The notes: generated by a model not told the origin, from the sequence alone. Counted from the first letter of the stretch, positions 38,618-51,294 are shown. The stretch: DNA of 64,000 nucleotides from Candidatus Eiseniibacteriota bacterium (GCA_963792585.1 CAWBWI010000003.1:448001-512000); one strand, 5' to 3'. Translations and numbers: made by a program.

Positions 38618-40465
38618 ATGATGAAGAGAGATCGTCGTGCGGCAGCGATACGGGCGGTCCGTCGCGCCCGGGTGTGCCTGTTCGTGGTTCTCGCGCTTCC
38701 CGCCGTCGCGCGGGCTCAGTCATTCACCCGAATCACAGATGGAATCCTCGTGAACGACGGGGGTGCCTCGCGGAGCGTCAACTGGGTCGATGCCGATCGC
38801 AACGGCACGCTCGACCTCTTCGTCAGCAACGGTCCGGCCTCGGGAGAGAGGGCATTCTTCTATCTGAACGACGGGCCCCCCTCCTACACATTCACGAAGG
38901 TCACCAACGATCCGATCGTGAGCGACGTGGCGAAGTCGGACGGGTGCAGCTGGGGAGACGCCGACAACGACGGGGATCCCGACGCATTCGTCGTCACCTG
39001 GTACGGCGACGTCGACATGTTCTACCTCGGCAACGGGGACGGCACCTTCTCCAAGGTCACGACCGGCGAGCCGGTGACGACGGGGGCGTACTCGGAATCC
39101 TGCACGTGGGGGGACTATGACAACGACGGCAACCTGGATCTGTACGTGACGAACAGCGGAGATCAGACGGCCGAGGCGAACTTCCTCTACCGCGGCCAGG
39201 GTGGCGGGACGTTCACGAGGATCCTGACCGGGTTTCCCGTCACCGACGTCACCCGCTCGCGCGGCGCGACCTGGATCGACTTCGACGGGGATGGGGACAG
39301 CGATCTCTTCGTTGCGAACGAATCGAACCAGCCGAACAACCTGTATCGGAACCTGTTGAGACAGACGGAAACGGCCGATTTTGCCCGGGTGAGTTCGGGG
39401 CCGATCGCGAACGACGCGCAGAGTTCCTTCAGCGGGAGCTGGGGTGATTACGACAACGACGGTGATCCGGATCTCTTCGTCGCGAACACGTCGAACCAGA
39501 ACAACGCCCTCTATCGGCACGAGGTCGGCGACGGGTTCACGAAGATCACGACGGGACCGCAGGTCAACGACGGCGGCTACTCCGTCTGCGGCGCCTGGGG
39601 GGATTTCGAGAACGACGGCGATCTGGACCTGTTCGTCACGAACGCGTTCGGAGGCGGGAGGAAGGTGAACTTCCTCTACCGCAACCTGCTCATCGAGAGC
39701 GGGACGGCCGACTTCGAGAAGATCACCACGGGAACGATCGTCACCGAGCTGGGTTGGTCATACGGGTGCGCCTGGGGCGACTACGACGCCGACGGCGACC
39801 TGGACCTCTTCATCGCGAAGACCTGGAACAACACGGAGAACAACGCCCTCTTTCGGAATGACAATGCCAACGGAAATCACTGGTTGGAATTCCGATGCGA
39901 GGGAGGGCTCTCGAACCGGAGCGGGATCGGGGCGGAGGTCAGCGTGAGCGCGACGATCGGAGGCAACCGGATCAGGCAGATGCGGACGATCGAAGGACAA
40001 TCCGGATACTGCGGGCAGAATCTGGTCGCGCACTTCGGTCTCGGAGACGCGGTGGTCGCGGATACCGTGAAGGTGCAGTGGCCTTCGGGGACGGTCGATA
40101 TCCTCACCGCGGTCGCGGTCGATCAGCCGTGGATTCTCCGCGAAGGCGGAGGGGTGGCGGACGTAGGCGGGAGTTTGGTCACGCCGGCGGCCCGCAATCG
40201 AACCTGGTGCGCGCCGAATCCGTTCCAGGAGTCGACGTCGATCGGGTTCGAGCTGCCGATCGCGGGGGAGGCCGACCTTCGCGTCTACACCCCGGGCGGG
40301 CGTCTGATCCGGACGCTCTCGAGCGGTTGGACGCAGGCGGGACGTCATGATGCCGTCTGGGACGGCAACGACGCTTCGGGACGACCGGTGGCGCCCGGAG
40401 CCTATCTCTACAAGATCGTCCGGAAAGGTGCGACCATCGGCGGCAGGGTCGTGGTCGTCCGATAA
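38618..40465 (+). CDS. FG-GAP/VCBS repeat (CRTAC1/ASPIC-UnbV) protein with FlgD-Ig CTD
   Basis: Repeated WGDYDNDG.DL(F/Y)V; SNRSGIGA...HFGLG...WPSG; C-terminal PNPF...WDGND..G. Confidence 0.9.
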   Translation: MMKRDRRAAAIRAVRRARVCLFVVLALPAVARAQSFTRITDGILVNDGGASRSVNWVDADRNGTLDLFVSNGPASGERAFFYLNDGPPSYTFTKVTNDPIVSDVAKSDGCSWGDADNDGDPDAFVVTWYGDVDMFYLGNGDGTFSKVTTGEPVTTGAYSESCTWGDYDNDGNLDLYVTNSGDQTAEANFLYRGQGGGTFTRILTGFPVTDVTRSRGATWIDFDGDGDSDLFVANESNQPNNLYRNLLRQTETADFARVSSGPIANDAQSSFSGSWGDYDNDGDPDLFVANTSNQNNALYRHEVGDGFTKITTGPQVNDGGYSVCGAWGDFENDGDLDLFVTNAFGGGRKVNFLYRNLLIESGTADFEKITTGTIVTELGWSYGCAWGDYDADGDLDLFIAKTWNNTENNALFRNDNANGNHWLEFRCEGGLSNRSGIGAEVSVSATIGGNRIRQMRTIEGQSGYCGQNLVAHFGLGDAVVADTVKVQWPSGTVDILTAVAVDQPWILREGGGVADVGGSLVTPAARNRTWCAPNPFQESTSIGFELPIAGEADLRVYTPGGRLIRTLSSGWTQAGRHDAVWDGNDASGRPVAPGAYLYKIVRKGATIGGRVVVVR

Positions 40466-40623
40466 GGCCATTTGTCCTCCCACTTTGGCTTGAGGGGTGG
40501 GGTGACGGGGGTTGATCCTCAGTCATCCCACTGGCTCGAGCCGAGGAGAAGGAGGGCGGGACGGGTCACTCGCCCGTCCCGGCTCCGGCCGGGCCGCTGC
40601 TCCGGCCGGGCCCCGGCCCCGCC

Positions 40624-41352
40624 TCAGCTGGCTTGAACCTCCGGCACGTCCTTTTTCCGCATTCGCAGGTTCAGCATCTCCACGAAGAACGCGAAGGCCA
40701 TCGCAAAGTAGATGTACCCCTTGGAGATGTGCTGACCAAAACCATCGGCGACAAGGGTCACGCCGATCAGCAGGAGGAACGAGAGGGCGAGGATCTTGAT
40801 CGTCGGGTGACGGTCGACGAAACGACTGATTCCGCCCGAGGCGAGCATCATGACAGCGACCGCGATCACGATCGCCGTGACCATCACGGGAACCCGATTG
40901 GTCATCCCGACCGCTGTGATCACCGAGTCGATCGAGAAGACGATATCGAGCACCGCGATCTGGGCGATGACGCCCGCGAAGGAGTTCGCCCCGCGTCGTC
41001 GCGGAAGGTGATCGGGCGGCCCTTCGATCTTCTCGTGGATCTCGTGGACACTCTTCGCGAGCAGGAAGAGCCCCCCGATCACCAGGATCAGATCGCGCCC
41101 GGAGAACGCGTGCCCGATCAAGGTGAAGAAGGGATGGGTAAGTCGCATGATCCAGGTGATCGACAGGAGCAGCGCGATACGGGTGATCATCGCGAGGGCG
41201 AGACCGATCACCCGCGCGCGACCCTGGTTGTGTTGCGGCAGCCTCCCGGTCAGGATCGAGATGAAAATGATATTGTCGATCCCGAGCACGATCTCCATCG
41301 CCGTGAGGGTCAGGAGCGCAAGCCAAAGCTGGACGTCGGTCATCCAGTGCAT
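40624..41352 (-). CDS. TerC family membrane protein
   Basis: MEIVLGIDNIIFI, DIVFSIDSVITAVG, KGYIYFAM. GAGGAGG RBS before 41352. Confidence 0.92.
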   Translation of the reverse strand: MHWMTDVQLWLALLTLTAMEIVLGIDNIIFISILTGRLPQHNQGRARVIGLALAMITRIALLLSITWIMRLTHPFFTLIGHAFSGRDLILVIGGLFLLAKSVHEIHEKIEGPPDHLPRRRGANSFAGVIAQIAVLDIVFSIDSVITAVGMTNRVPVMVTAIVIAVAVMMLASGGISRFVDRHPTIKILALSFLLLIGVTLVADGFGQHISKGYIYFAMAFAFFVEMLNLRMRKKDVPEVQAS

Positions 41353-41436
41353 ACGAGCGAACCTCCTCGGGCCCCAGGGGTGAGGATGGGACCATCGCCC
41401 CTGAGATTGCACTTCGGGGAGGGTCGTTTCCAAGTG

Positions 41437-41470
41437 AGAAAGCGGCCAACCCTCTGAAGGGGTTGGCCGC
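41437..41470 (-). terminator. Intrinsic terminator
   Basis: Minus strand GCGGCCAACCC-loop-GGGTTGGCCGC-TTTCT after the gene ending at 41505. Confidence 0.7.
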
Positions 41471-41504
41471 CTCTACCGACCGGCGCGTGGCCGATCATCC
41501 GAAC

Positions 41505-42291
41505 CTAGCGATACATACCCTTGATGCGACCCCAGGTCGTCGGCTGGACCGGCGTCTCGCCGAGGGCCTCGAACTCGATGTTCCGCCACTCGGCGTTGAC
41601 CGTCCCACCGTTCGCGATGAAGACCTGCAGATGGGCGCCGGCGCGCGCATCGTTGAGGATGCCCCAGAGGCCGTAGGGAGGATCCTCGTTGGGGTTGCCC
41701 TCGTCGAACGCGAGCGGTCCGCTCGTGTAGGCGACGTTGTTGTAGACGAGCTTGTATTCGATCGTCGCGGGGTTGGTCTGCGTCAGGTCATTCGGGATGT
41801 AGATGATCTCGAGGTGAATCGGGTCGCCCTTCACGTAGTGAAGGCCATAGGTGCCGGTGAAGCTGTAGAAGGGGAGCCGGCCGCCGAAGCAGGCGATCTC
41901 ACCGTCGGTCGTGCGGACGTTGAACCGCCCGTCGACGTTCTGCGACCACCAGGGAGCGATCTGCAGACCGGACTCCGCCTCGCCCGTGCCGCTGACGACG
42001 AGATCGGCAGCGAAACGGAAGCCAGGAGTCGTTCGTGAACACAGCATCGTTCACGCCGTCCTCCGAGAAATGCCAGTTGTGGAGGTTGGCGTAGCCGTTC
42101 TCGCAGTTGATCTCATCCTGGATGGTGATGAATGCCGGATAGCTGTTGTTGGTCGCAAGAATCGACGTCGGGCAGTCGTTGAAAACGCGCTCGTGGATGA
42201 TCGCGCTGTTGACGTTGGGCGTGGCCAGCGCCGATGTAGCGATGAGGCCCAGGGCCATCACCGCGAATAGGCCGATGAACATTCGTCTCAT
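41505..42291 (-). CDS. Secreted hypothetical protein with C-terminal TTWGRIKGMYR motif (one frameshift near 42025)
   Basis: AAGGAGG RBS; signal MRRMFIGLFAVMALGLIATSALA. The two ORFs join at ...FTNDS/GFRFAADL. Confidence 0.75.
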
Positions 42292-42485
42292 GGGTGCGAA
42301 TCCTCCTTCAATCAACAGAACACAGCGAAACTGACTTCTTCCAATTCGAGTCCAAGCCTTTCCGTGGCGGTATAAGTCTACAGGGTCCATCCATACGATC
42401 ACAAGTGCTGGATGCCCGATTCCGGCTGTGTCGGAAGCGCTCTATCGTCGAGCAGCGAATCCGGGAGCGGGCTGGCCACCTCCTT

Positions 42486-44084
42486 TCATCTGACGAGCAC
42501 GCACCGTTTCTGGACTGCTCGACCGTCGAACTGAAGTTTGGAGAAATATGCGCCGCTGGGCAGGGCCTCGGCGGCGAGTGTCACAAAGTGTTCCCCGGCG
42601 GACTGCCGGCCATCGACGAGGCGCGCGACCTCGCGTCCCGCTACATCCGCCAGAATGAGCGTGACGTGACCGGACTCCGGGATGCGGTAGGCGAGGGTCC
42701 CGCGTCCCCGGAATGGATTCGGCGTCAAGTCGAGCCGGAGTTCGTCGGCGGAGTCGAAGGAGCCGTTCTCCACGACGTCCGCTGCCAGCACGAAGCCGGC
42801 ATGCTGGAGACCGCGCTGGACGTCGGCATTCTGCATGAAGCGATTCCAGACCCGGCTGTTCAGGTGGTTCTCGATCATGATGATGATCGGGACCCTGGTC
42901 GATGCCCAGGTAGTCCGTGTCCCACCAGTTCGCCGTCAGGTTGAAGGCGTCCTTGAAGCCGTAGGGACCCCAGAGCTGCGCGCGATAGGTGTCGTACAGA
43001 TTGTGCAGCACCGGGAGCGCCTCTCGGGGGCGAAGGGGATCGAACTGGCGGCGCCGTCGGGGTGATCGTGCCGTTGTCGTTCTGCGCCGGCGGCGCGCCG
43101 TGCGCCAGGTAGCCCGGTACGGATCGTCGCAGGCCGTCAGACCCCAGAGGTTCGCCCCGTAGCCGGCGAAGCCGCCGGGATTGACGACGCAGTAGTCGCG
43201 CTGCGCGAGCGTCGCGCGACGCGAGTTCTCGAAGTAGGTGATGCCCTGAGTCTGCATGTAGGCGTCCCGGATGAAGCGGAAGTCGATCCAGCAGTGCGAG
43301 TACTGGTGCCCGAAGAGCGGCGGGAAGCTGACGTAGGTCTGCCCGTAGTAGGTCGAGCCAGTCGTAGCCGCTCGTCCAGGTCGACCAGGCATTGTCGGGC
43401 ACCGGGTGGGTCGGCGAGCCGAGGGCGAGGATGTAGAGGATCATCGCCTCGTTGTAGCCGATCCAGGTGCCGAAGCCGCCGAAGCCGGTGCCCGGCTTCC
43501 AGCCCATCAGGATTCCCTGGTCGCAGTTGCGCAAGAAGTCCCAGTCCGCGCGCTGGTAGAGCGAGTCGGCGAGCTGCGCGCACCTGGATGTCTCCCGGAT
43601 CCGATGTCGAGAAGTACTGCTTCGCGTCGAGGATGCCCGCGAACAGCAGCGCCGTGTCGATGGTCGAGAGCTCGCAGTCCCAGGTGCGCAGCGCCGGTGT
43701 TCATGTCCAGGAAGTGGTAGAAGAGGCCCTTGTAGCCGATGTACCCGCTGGCGCCGCTCCCCTGCGGTCCGGTCCAGAAGGTCTTGAGCGTCGTCAGGAC
43801 GCGGCTCGCGACCGACCGTGCGGCTCACCCAGCCGTGGTCGATGCCGATGCAGATCGCCGAGAGGCCGAAGCCCGGTCGCGGCGATGCTGCACGGCGACC
43901 CCGAGCGTGCTGCGGTCCTTGATCAGGCCGTTGGCCGGGTTCGCCTCGCTCCAGAAGTAGTCGAAGGCGGTGTGCTGGAGCGATGTCGAGCAGCGCCTCG
44001 GTCGTGAGCGCCTGCGCGCTCGGGAGCAGCGCCGCCGAGATCAGCCGCCAGCAGCAAGTGCGCCAGCATGATGCGCGCAGTCAT
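42486..44084 (-). CDS. GH144-type ('glucoamylase'/DUF3131) endo-beta-1,2-glucanase-like enzyme with T9SS-like CTD; frameshifted
   Basis: GLFYHFLD, GYNEAMILYILALGS, PLFGHQYSHCWIDFR, YFENSRRAT, WGLTACD, YGFKDAFN, DYLGIDQG. C-terminal TPNPF...SGAYF. Confidence 0.8.
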
Positions 44085-44123
44085 GTCTCTGCCTCGGTGT
44101 GCGTCCATGATGCGCCGCCGGCT

Positions 44124-45142
44124 CTAGAGCCCGAGAACGAACGTCATGCGGTGCGTCTCCTCGAGCCGGCCGTGGTCGGCCCAGGCGTAGTCGAAGCGGA
44201 ATCGGTATCGCGGCGTACTTCGCCCCGAAGTCCGACGCCGAGCGTCAGGCCCAGCTCCGAGTCGGTCTGGAACAGGTTCTGGTATCCGGCGCGGAGGCCA
44301 GGGCGTCCTTCCAGGTCCACTCCCCGCCGAGGTTCATGCTCTCGGTGTTGTCGTTCGGGTGACAGCGCGTCCGCCGCCAGCAGGAGCCGGTTCGCCTGGC
44401 TCATCCGGTACGGATAGCTGAGCCCGACGCGGAACAGGACCGGCACCGGGAACTCGTCGGTGTACTGCTCGCCCGGCAGCGCGCTGTTGTCGCCGTAGCT
44501 CCGTCGGGTCGTTGTCGTACTGGATCGCGAGGTCGCGGCCGCCGAAGCGGGCTCTCGTGCCGAAGTTCGAGAGGCTGACGCCGAGCTGCGCGCCGCTGGT
44601 CGGACAGCCGGTAGACCGTGCCGACGTTGAAGGTGAACGTCGTGAGGGAGCTGTGCCAGATCGTCTCGTCGACGTAGTTGACCTGAAGCCCGGCCGCGAA
44701 GCGGTCGGTGATCGGCCGCCCGTAGCCCAGGCCGATCGCCAGGTCGCGAACGCTGTAGCGCTCGCCGGTGCCCAGCGGCTTCTCCACCGTGCGCACGTCG
44801 ATGTCGCCCGAGTTCAGCGCGGTCACGCTGGCGAAGAAGTTGCCCGTAGGCGCCCGCGGGGAAGGCGACCGCCGCGTAGTCGTAGCCGATGTCCGCGAAC
44901 CAGTCGCTGTGCGTGAACTGAAGCGGGCGACCGTCGAGCTGCCCGATCGACGCCGGGTTGTAGTAGACCGACTCGATCCCCTCCGGCGAGCGCCACGCCG
45001 GCGTTGCCCATCGCCGGCGAGCCGCGCGCTCGGCTCGATCAGCAGGAACTGCCCGATCGTCGTGCCCGTCTTGCTCTGCCCGACGCCGCACCTGGCGGCG
45101 AGGACCGTCAGGACGGCGAGCAACAGGATTGCCTTGCCTCAT
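44124..45142 (-). CDS. PorV/PorQ (UPF0164)-family outer-membrane beta-barrel; frameshifted
   Basis: SKTGTTIGQFLLIEPSAR..GMGNAG, YYNPA, HSDWFADI.YDY, RTVEKPLGTGE, LRAGY. The C-terminus reads RMTFVLGL. Confidence 0.8.
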
Positions 45143-45157
45143 TTCGATCCTCCGCGC

Positions 45158-48100
45158 TCACTTGATGATCGCGAACTTGCCGATGCTGCTCGCCGTACTT
45201 CGCCGCCGTCGACGTGGAAGACGTAGAGGCCCGGCGCGACATCGAGGTTGTCCTTCGTGCGCAGGTTCCACGCCACGAAGCCGTCGTTGCGAGCCGTCGT
45301 GCTGCAGCGTCTGCGACGAGATCGCCGTGCACGGTGTAGATCCGGATCGTGCAACTGCTGCGGCAGGCCGCGGAACTCGATGCGCCGCTCGCCGCGCCCG
45401 GAGACCGCGAAGCGCTCCGGCTCGAAGCTCGCCGAGCCCACGTACGGATTGGGCACGACGTACGGCTTGAGCGGCGTCTCGGATCGCGCCTGCTCGTCGT
45501 CGATGCGCTGCGCCCGCGTCCGGAAGACGAAAGCATCGTCGGCGCCGAAGGGGCGCGTCAGTCTCAAGTCGATAGACGTCGCCCGCGCCGGCGGATGCGG
45601 GGCAGCGCCGCCCGTGCCGAGGGTGTCGAGCTGCACGCGCCAGGTCGACTTCGGGACCGGCCGGCTCGCCCGGCAGGTAGGTGACGATGTCGAAGCACTC
45701 GTCGGGTCGGCTCAGCGTCCCGTCGGCGTCGAGGTCGCGGAAGCGGAAGTCGAGCTGACGGTCGCCGGTCTCGCGTGTCGGCGAAGACCTGGAACTTGGC
45801 CGGCCGCGGGTCGATCGGACAGAGCTCGATGACCGGTGTCCACGACGGCGTCCGAGAAGACGATCTGACAGTCGTCGCGGAAAGCCGAGCCGGCGCAGGT
45901 TGATCGGAAGCGCGTTCTGATAGGCGACCTTCAGGTGCGCGTTCGTCGGGCTGCCCGGCTCGAAGCCGCGCAAGTCCTTGTCGATCGACAGGGTCTTCGC
46001 GCGTCTGGACGATCGGCAGCAGGCCGCCGCCGACCGGGCCGATGCCCGCCGCCGTCGAAGTCGCGGCCGGTCTTGAACAACACGGTCGCCCGTGGTGCTG
46101 TCGGTGAGCGCGTAGGTCGTGGCGCGGATGCTGTCGGGGGACGGCTCGCGAAGCTCGAGCTTGAAGACGTGGTCGTCGGGCACCAGGTTCGAGTTGACGA
46201 CCTCGCACGCGCGACCGTGCCGACTCCCTCGCCCGACAGACGCGTCACGCTGTCCGTTCGCGCGGCGGCGAAACCCAGCCACCGGGGGTTCCGGGCGCAC
46301 GGCCGACGACGTTGGTCGGCAGGACCACCCCGCCGCGCGGCGTGCGCGAGACGGTGATCGCGTTCTCGGAGGGATAGAACTCGAGCGAGTCGGAGCCGAA
46401 GTCGTACGCGCACACGGCGTAGTAGTACTGCTGCCCGTTGGTCGACGGTCGTAGTCGGTCCAGGTGTGCGGATCCCGCTGTCCTTGCCCAGGTAGTAGGC
46501 GACGCCCTCGACCGTCTGCGCCGAGAAGCCGCTCCTTGCCGTCGACGAGGTCGAACTGCGCGATCGGCTTGCCGTTGCCGATCGGGCCCGATGCCGGTGC
46601 CGGTGATGATGACCTGCGGGTCGCGGAACTCGGGGTCGGTGGAGCGATAGATGCGGTAGCCCTCGAAGTCGTTCTCGCTCGGTCACCGGGTCGACGCCGC
46701 GCTCGGCGACGTCGTCCCACGAGAGGCGCACGTAGCCGTCGCCGGCCTCGGCCGTCACCGTCGGCAGCGGCGGCGGCACGGCGAACTGGTAGTTCGCGTT
46801 GTAGATCTGCTGCACGGTCCGCACGGTGCGCGCGCAGCTCGTCCAGGTCGCGCCGTAGGCCAGGGCCAGGCTGAAGCGCTCGGTCTGCCCGGCCGCCAGC
46901 TGGAACGGGCCCGAGGCGAACAGGAAGCCGATGTTGTAGTTCGCCGCCAGCGGCGGGTCGAAGCGCGCCGTCGGGATTCGGGTCGGTGAACTGCTCGTAC
47001 AGGCGCTGCGGCCAGTTGTTGCGCGATCGGTGAAGAAGACGATGTCGTCGACGTCCTGATTCGGGTTGCCCTGGCCCGGCGCTGATGCGGTTCATCTTGA
47101 AGCCGGTCAGGCCGATCTGGTCCGACTCGTTCAGGTCGGTGCGGTCGAAGTTCGGCTCGCCGGCGGTCGGCATGCCGTCGCCCTCGCCGGCGTCGCCGGT
47201 GTCGGCCACGCCGTCGGCGCCCGCGTCGTGGAGCTCCGCGGTCCAGTCCATGTCCTCGTCGCCGGTCCACCAGCGCGCCGGCGCGGTAGGCCGGGCGCTT
47301 CTCGAGCGGGCCGTACGTCGGCCTCGAACTGCGCGCATGTCGTAGTGCGGCGGTCACGTAGGCGCGGATCTCGTCCTGGCCCGTCGATCAGCGTCGCCCG
47401 GCCCGCCGTCGCGCTTCTCGTCGGTGATGCCGTCCTCGTCGTTGTCGATGCCGTCGGTGGAGTTGCCCGGCGTCTCGAGGTAGGCGTAGCCGAGGTAGCC
47501 GGTCGTGCCGCAGTTGCCCGAGAGATCGCGGCCGTGCCCGTCGCTTGTCCCAGGTGTAGACCAGGTTGATCACGTTCTGGTCGAACGTCCGGTCGAAGTA
47601 GGCGTTGTCGTCGTCCGACTCGTAGATGCCGTCGCAGGACAGCGCCGAGCCGCCGACGCCCGAGTCCATGTAGAGGCCGAAGATGATGTTGTCGTCGTAG
47701 TCGGTCGTGCTCTCGTTGGTGATGTCGTAGTGCCAGAAGATCACGTTGCGCGGCCTGCGGGTTCGCCCACTGGAAGCCGCGCACCTCGATGCGCAGGCCC
47801 AGCCCGCGGCGCGTGGAGTCGCGGCTGTCCGGGATCGAAGTCCCAGGCGTCGTAGTAGTCGTCGTCCATGACCATGAAGCTCTCCTGGTCGGCCGACGGC
47901 CCGCTTGCCGAAGTAGCCGTTCCAGCTGCCCGCCCAGCCCGGATCGTCGGGGTCGTCGAGCTGGTCGGGCCAGAAGTCGGGCCAGGTGCGCGGGTCGTTG
48001 CTGATGGCCGGGCGAGCGGCCGGGGTTGAGCGCCGGGTCGGCCTGGAAGTAGCCCGGGCCGCGGCTCGAAGCGCATGATCGCGGTTGTAGTACGGGCTGA

Positions 48101-48517
48101 TCGCCCTGCCGCTCGCGGAAGCCGGTCTCCATGATGTACGCGTCGACGCCGTTCGCCTGCGTGATCTTCGCGAGCACGAACGGCGTGATGCCGTCGCTGT
48201 AGTTCATGCCGCTGCCCTTGGGCACCTCGACCGAGTGGAAGACGCTCAGGTCGACGTTGCCCGGGTCCGGCGGGTAGTCGCCCACCATGCCGTAGTTCCA
48301 GAAGACGGTGCGGATGTTGGCCGCGTCGTGCAAGCCCGAGCGCTCGGCGTCGAGCTGCCCCGCTGATCCGGCGGGACGCGGCGTTGGCACGTCCTGCGCG
48401 TGCGTGGTCGCGGCCGCACGCACGGCGGCCACGAACGCCACGCAGAGGCCGATCCGGCCGATCGTCATGCCGCGTCCCGTCCGCAGATCCCGCCGGCGCG
48501 CGAAACGACTCGACCAT
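45158..48517 (-). CDS. Giant (about 1100 aa) secreted hypothetical protein with Asp-rich Ca-binding-like repeats and a variant CTD; frameshifted
   Basis: AAGGAGG RBS, signal peptide, HDAANIRT.FWNYG, DGIDNDEDG, DGVADTGD..EGDG.PT.GEPNFD, FEGYRIYR. C-terminal YVVPNPY...IRIYT..G...WNLRT...APGLYVFHV...GKFAIIK. Confidence 0.7.
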
Positions 48518-48533
48518 CTGGATCCTCCTTGCC

Positions 48534-51167
48534 CTAGAGCTCCGAGCCCAGGCGGAACCCGATCTCGATCCGCCGCGGCGGGTAGAACCGGGTCGGGTCT
48601 GGCGAGCGCCACGGCGTCCGTCGGCCGGGAAGCGCGAGTAGTAGGGGCTGCCGGTGCTGCCGAACACCGCGCCGTTGAAGTAGCGGGTGTCGAACAGGTT
48701 GAAGACCCGCCCGAAGAGACTCATGTCGAGACCCATCGAACGTCAGGAGCTTCTCGGCCCGCAGGTCCACGACCATCGCCGGTCGGCTTGCGCCCGGAGT
48801 TCGTCTCCAGCCCGCCGCCGAAGCCGGAGTCGAGCGGCCGGCGTGTACGGCTGGCCGCTGGCCACGCGCAAGATCAGCGCTGGCCGTGTAGTCGCTCGGC
48901 GTCGGCCAGAGACGGTCAGGTTGAGCGTGTGGCGCTGGTCCCAGTTGAACGGAATCAGGCGCGGCCGCGGATCCTCGCCGGCCTCGGCGCGCGTGGCCGT
49001 CTCGCGCGGGTCGCTCGAGTTGCCCTGCGCCTGCTGCCAGGTGTAGTCGAGCGACGGTGCTGACCGGACCGCAGTCTGCCGGTGGTCGAGCGCCAGGGTG
49101 AAGCCGATCACGTTGCCGAAGTCGACGTTGGTGAGCCGCGCGTACTCGGCGTCGTTGTAGGTCGCGATGAACTCGACGCCGAGCAGGTCGCGGATGTCCT
49201 TGTAGAAGACGGTGAGGTCGACGCCGAGGTCCTCGCGTGAGCGCCTGCTTGTAGCCGAACTCGTACTGGACGGTCTTCTCCGGCTTCACGTCGGGATTGC
49301 CCATGACGCCGAAGCGGCTATCCGCGCTCGCCTGCAGGCGAGCTCAGGATCGAGTAGTTCGCATTCGTGAAGATGTCCCCGAGTCCGGGGAACTGATAGA
49401 AGTGACCGTACGCGAAGTGGATCGCCGGCCCGGTCCGCGATCGGATAGGCGACGCCGAGCCGCGGCGCGAAAGAGACCTTCTTGGAAGTCGTGCGGAGGT
49501 GGGACTCCGGGGCGCCGCCGATCGCTGTTGGCCGGGTTCGCGAGGTCGCTCGGGACCCGGGCGCGGGCGTCGAAGTACTCCACCCGGGCTCCCAGCGCGG
49601 ACGGTGAGGTCGCTCCACTCGATCTGGTCCTGTGCATAGGCGGCGGCCATGATCGGCTCGTAGGTCTGCACGCCCGGGAAGTCGGGCGGTTCATTCATGT
49701 GGCGGACCAGGGATCCGGTCGTGTAGTCGAGGTAGCCCGGAACGCCGAAGGTGATCCTCGGGAACTGCACCTCGCCCCCGACCTTGAGGAGGTGGTGCGT
49801 GTTCGCCTGCGTGGAGAGGGCGCCCTTGACGACCAGCGCGTTGGTCTTCTGCTCGAAGCGGCCGAGGTCCACCCCTTGGATGTAGACCCCCTGCCGGAGC
49901 CAATCCTGCAGCGGCGGGCCGGCCTCGTCGTAGCGGGCGTCGTAGAAGTCGTCGTAGACCATGTCGGTGTACCTGAAGTAGTTCTGCCGGACGCTGAGGT
50001 TGTAGAACGTCCTGTCGCTCAACGTGTGTGTGACAGTCGATTCCGTGGGTGATCGACCAGGTGTTCTGCTGGGTCAGGCCGTCCGGGTTCTCGGAATATG
50101 CGTAGGTGCTCCGGCGCCCCTCGACATCGTTGACGATGGCCTGATAGCTCAGGCTCACGTTCGGAATCGAGCGGTTCGTGATCTTCGCGACGCCCGACCA
50201 CTGCGCGGTCCTGCCCGAGCGGCTCACGCTTTCCGTCGCCGGTGGGGTAGTGGACGCCGTGCTCGAAGTCCGCCGAATCGGTCGGCGTGTAGGTGCGCGT
50301 GGCGATCACGTGGTCGTCCTTGACGCGCCGCTGCCCGCTCAAGAGGAAGTTGGTCTTGGCGAACGGCGTGGGACCGCTGACGTTCAACTGGTAGTTCTGG
50401 ATCCTGCCGGGTTGCACGCGATCATCGATGAGCCGACTGCTCTTGCCGGGGAAGAAGAAGCCTCCGGAGGTGATCTCGGCGCCCCACTCGAACGTATCGG
50501 TGCCATCCTTGAGGACCGCGTTGACGACGCCGCTCATCGCCTGGCCGTACTCGGCGTCGAACGTGCCGCTGATGACCTGCACTTCCTGCAGGAGCGATCG
50601 ATCCAGACGGAGACTGGACTTGTTGTCGTAGGCGTTGTTCACGCTGACGCCGTCGACCTGGTACTGCACCTCGCCGAGGCGGCCGCCGCGGAAGTGGCCG
50701 TCGACGACGCCCGCCTGCAGGTTGACGACGTCCTGGAGCTCCTGGACCGGAAGGGAGGCCATCATCTTGTTGCTGATCGTCGAACGGCTGCTCGTCAGGT
50801 TCACGTCGACGAGGGGGCGCTCGGCCTTGATCTCGATCTGCTCCATCGCCACGGCGGTCTCCTCGACCGATATGTCCTGGCGGGTCGTGTTGTCGGCGGA
50901 GACCTGAACGCCGGTGATCAGGAGGGGTTTGTAGGCGACATGGCTGATCTTGAGGTCGTACGTCCCCGGTGGGACGTTGAGGATGTTGTATGCGCCCTGA
51001 AGGTCCGTGAAGGCCCCGAGCTTCGTGCCGACCACCATGACCGTGACGCCCGGGACCGGCTTCTGACTCCTGTCCACCGCAGAGCCCGTGATCTTTCCCG
51101 TCGTCCCCGCCAGCACGCCGCCGGGGAACAGGAATAGCAGAAGCCACGGGACGATCCATGTCCTCAT
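48534..51167 (-). CDS. TonB-dependent receptor with N-terminal carboxypeptidase-regulatory-like domain; frameshifted
   Basis: AGTTGKITG...Y.ILNVPPG.Y; plug RGGR..EVQYQVDGV...GTFDAEYG.AMSGVVN; GNPDVKPEKT..YE.G; C-terminal PRRIEIGFR. Confidence 0.88.
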
Positions 51168-51294
51168 GTGCGCCCGCCGGACATCGCGTCGCTTCAAGTT
51201 CGCGTCTCCTTCATCCACACCCGGTAATCCGACTGGCCCGGCGGGGCGGCCATGCAAATGGAACCGCCCCACCCGGGTTCGTTTTCCTCACTCG

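Noticed and set aside
41353..41440. yybP-ykoY riboswitch upstream of TerC
   Set aside because: I could not see the conserved motif. The nearby hairpin is better explained as the upstream gene's terminator.
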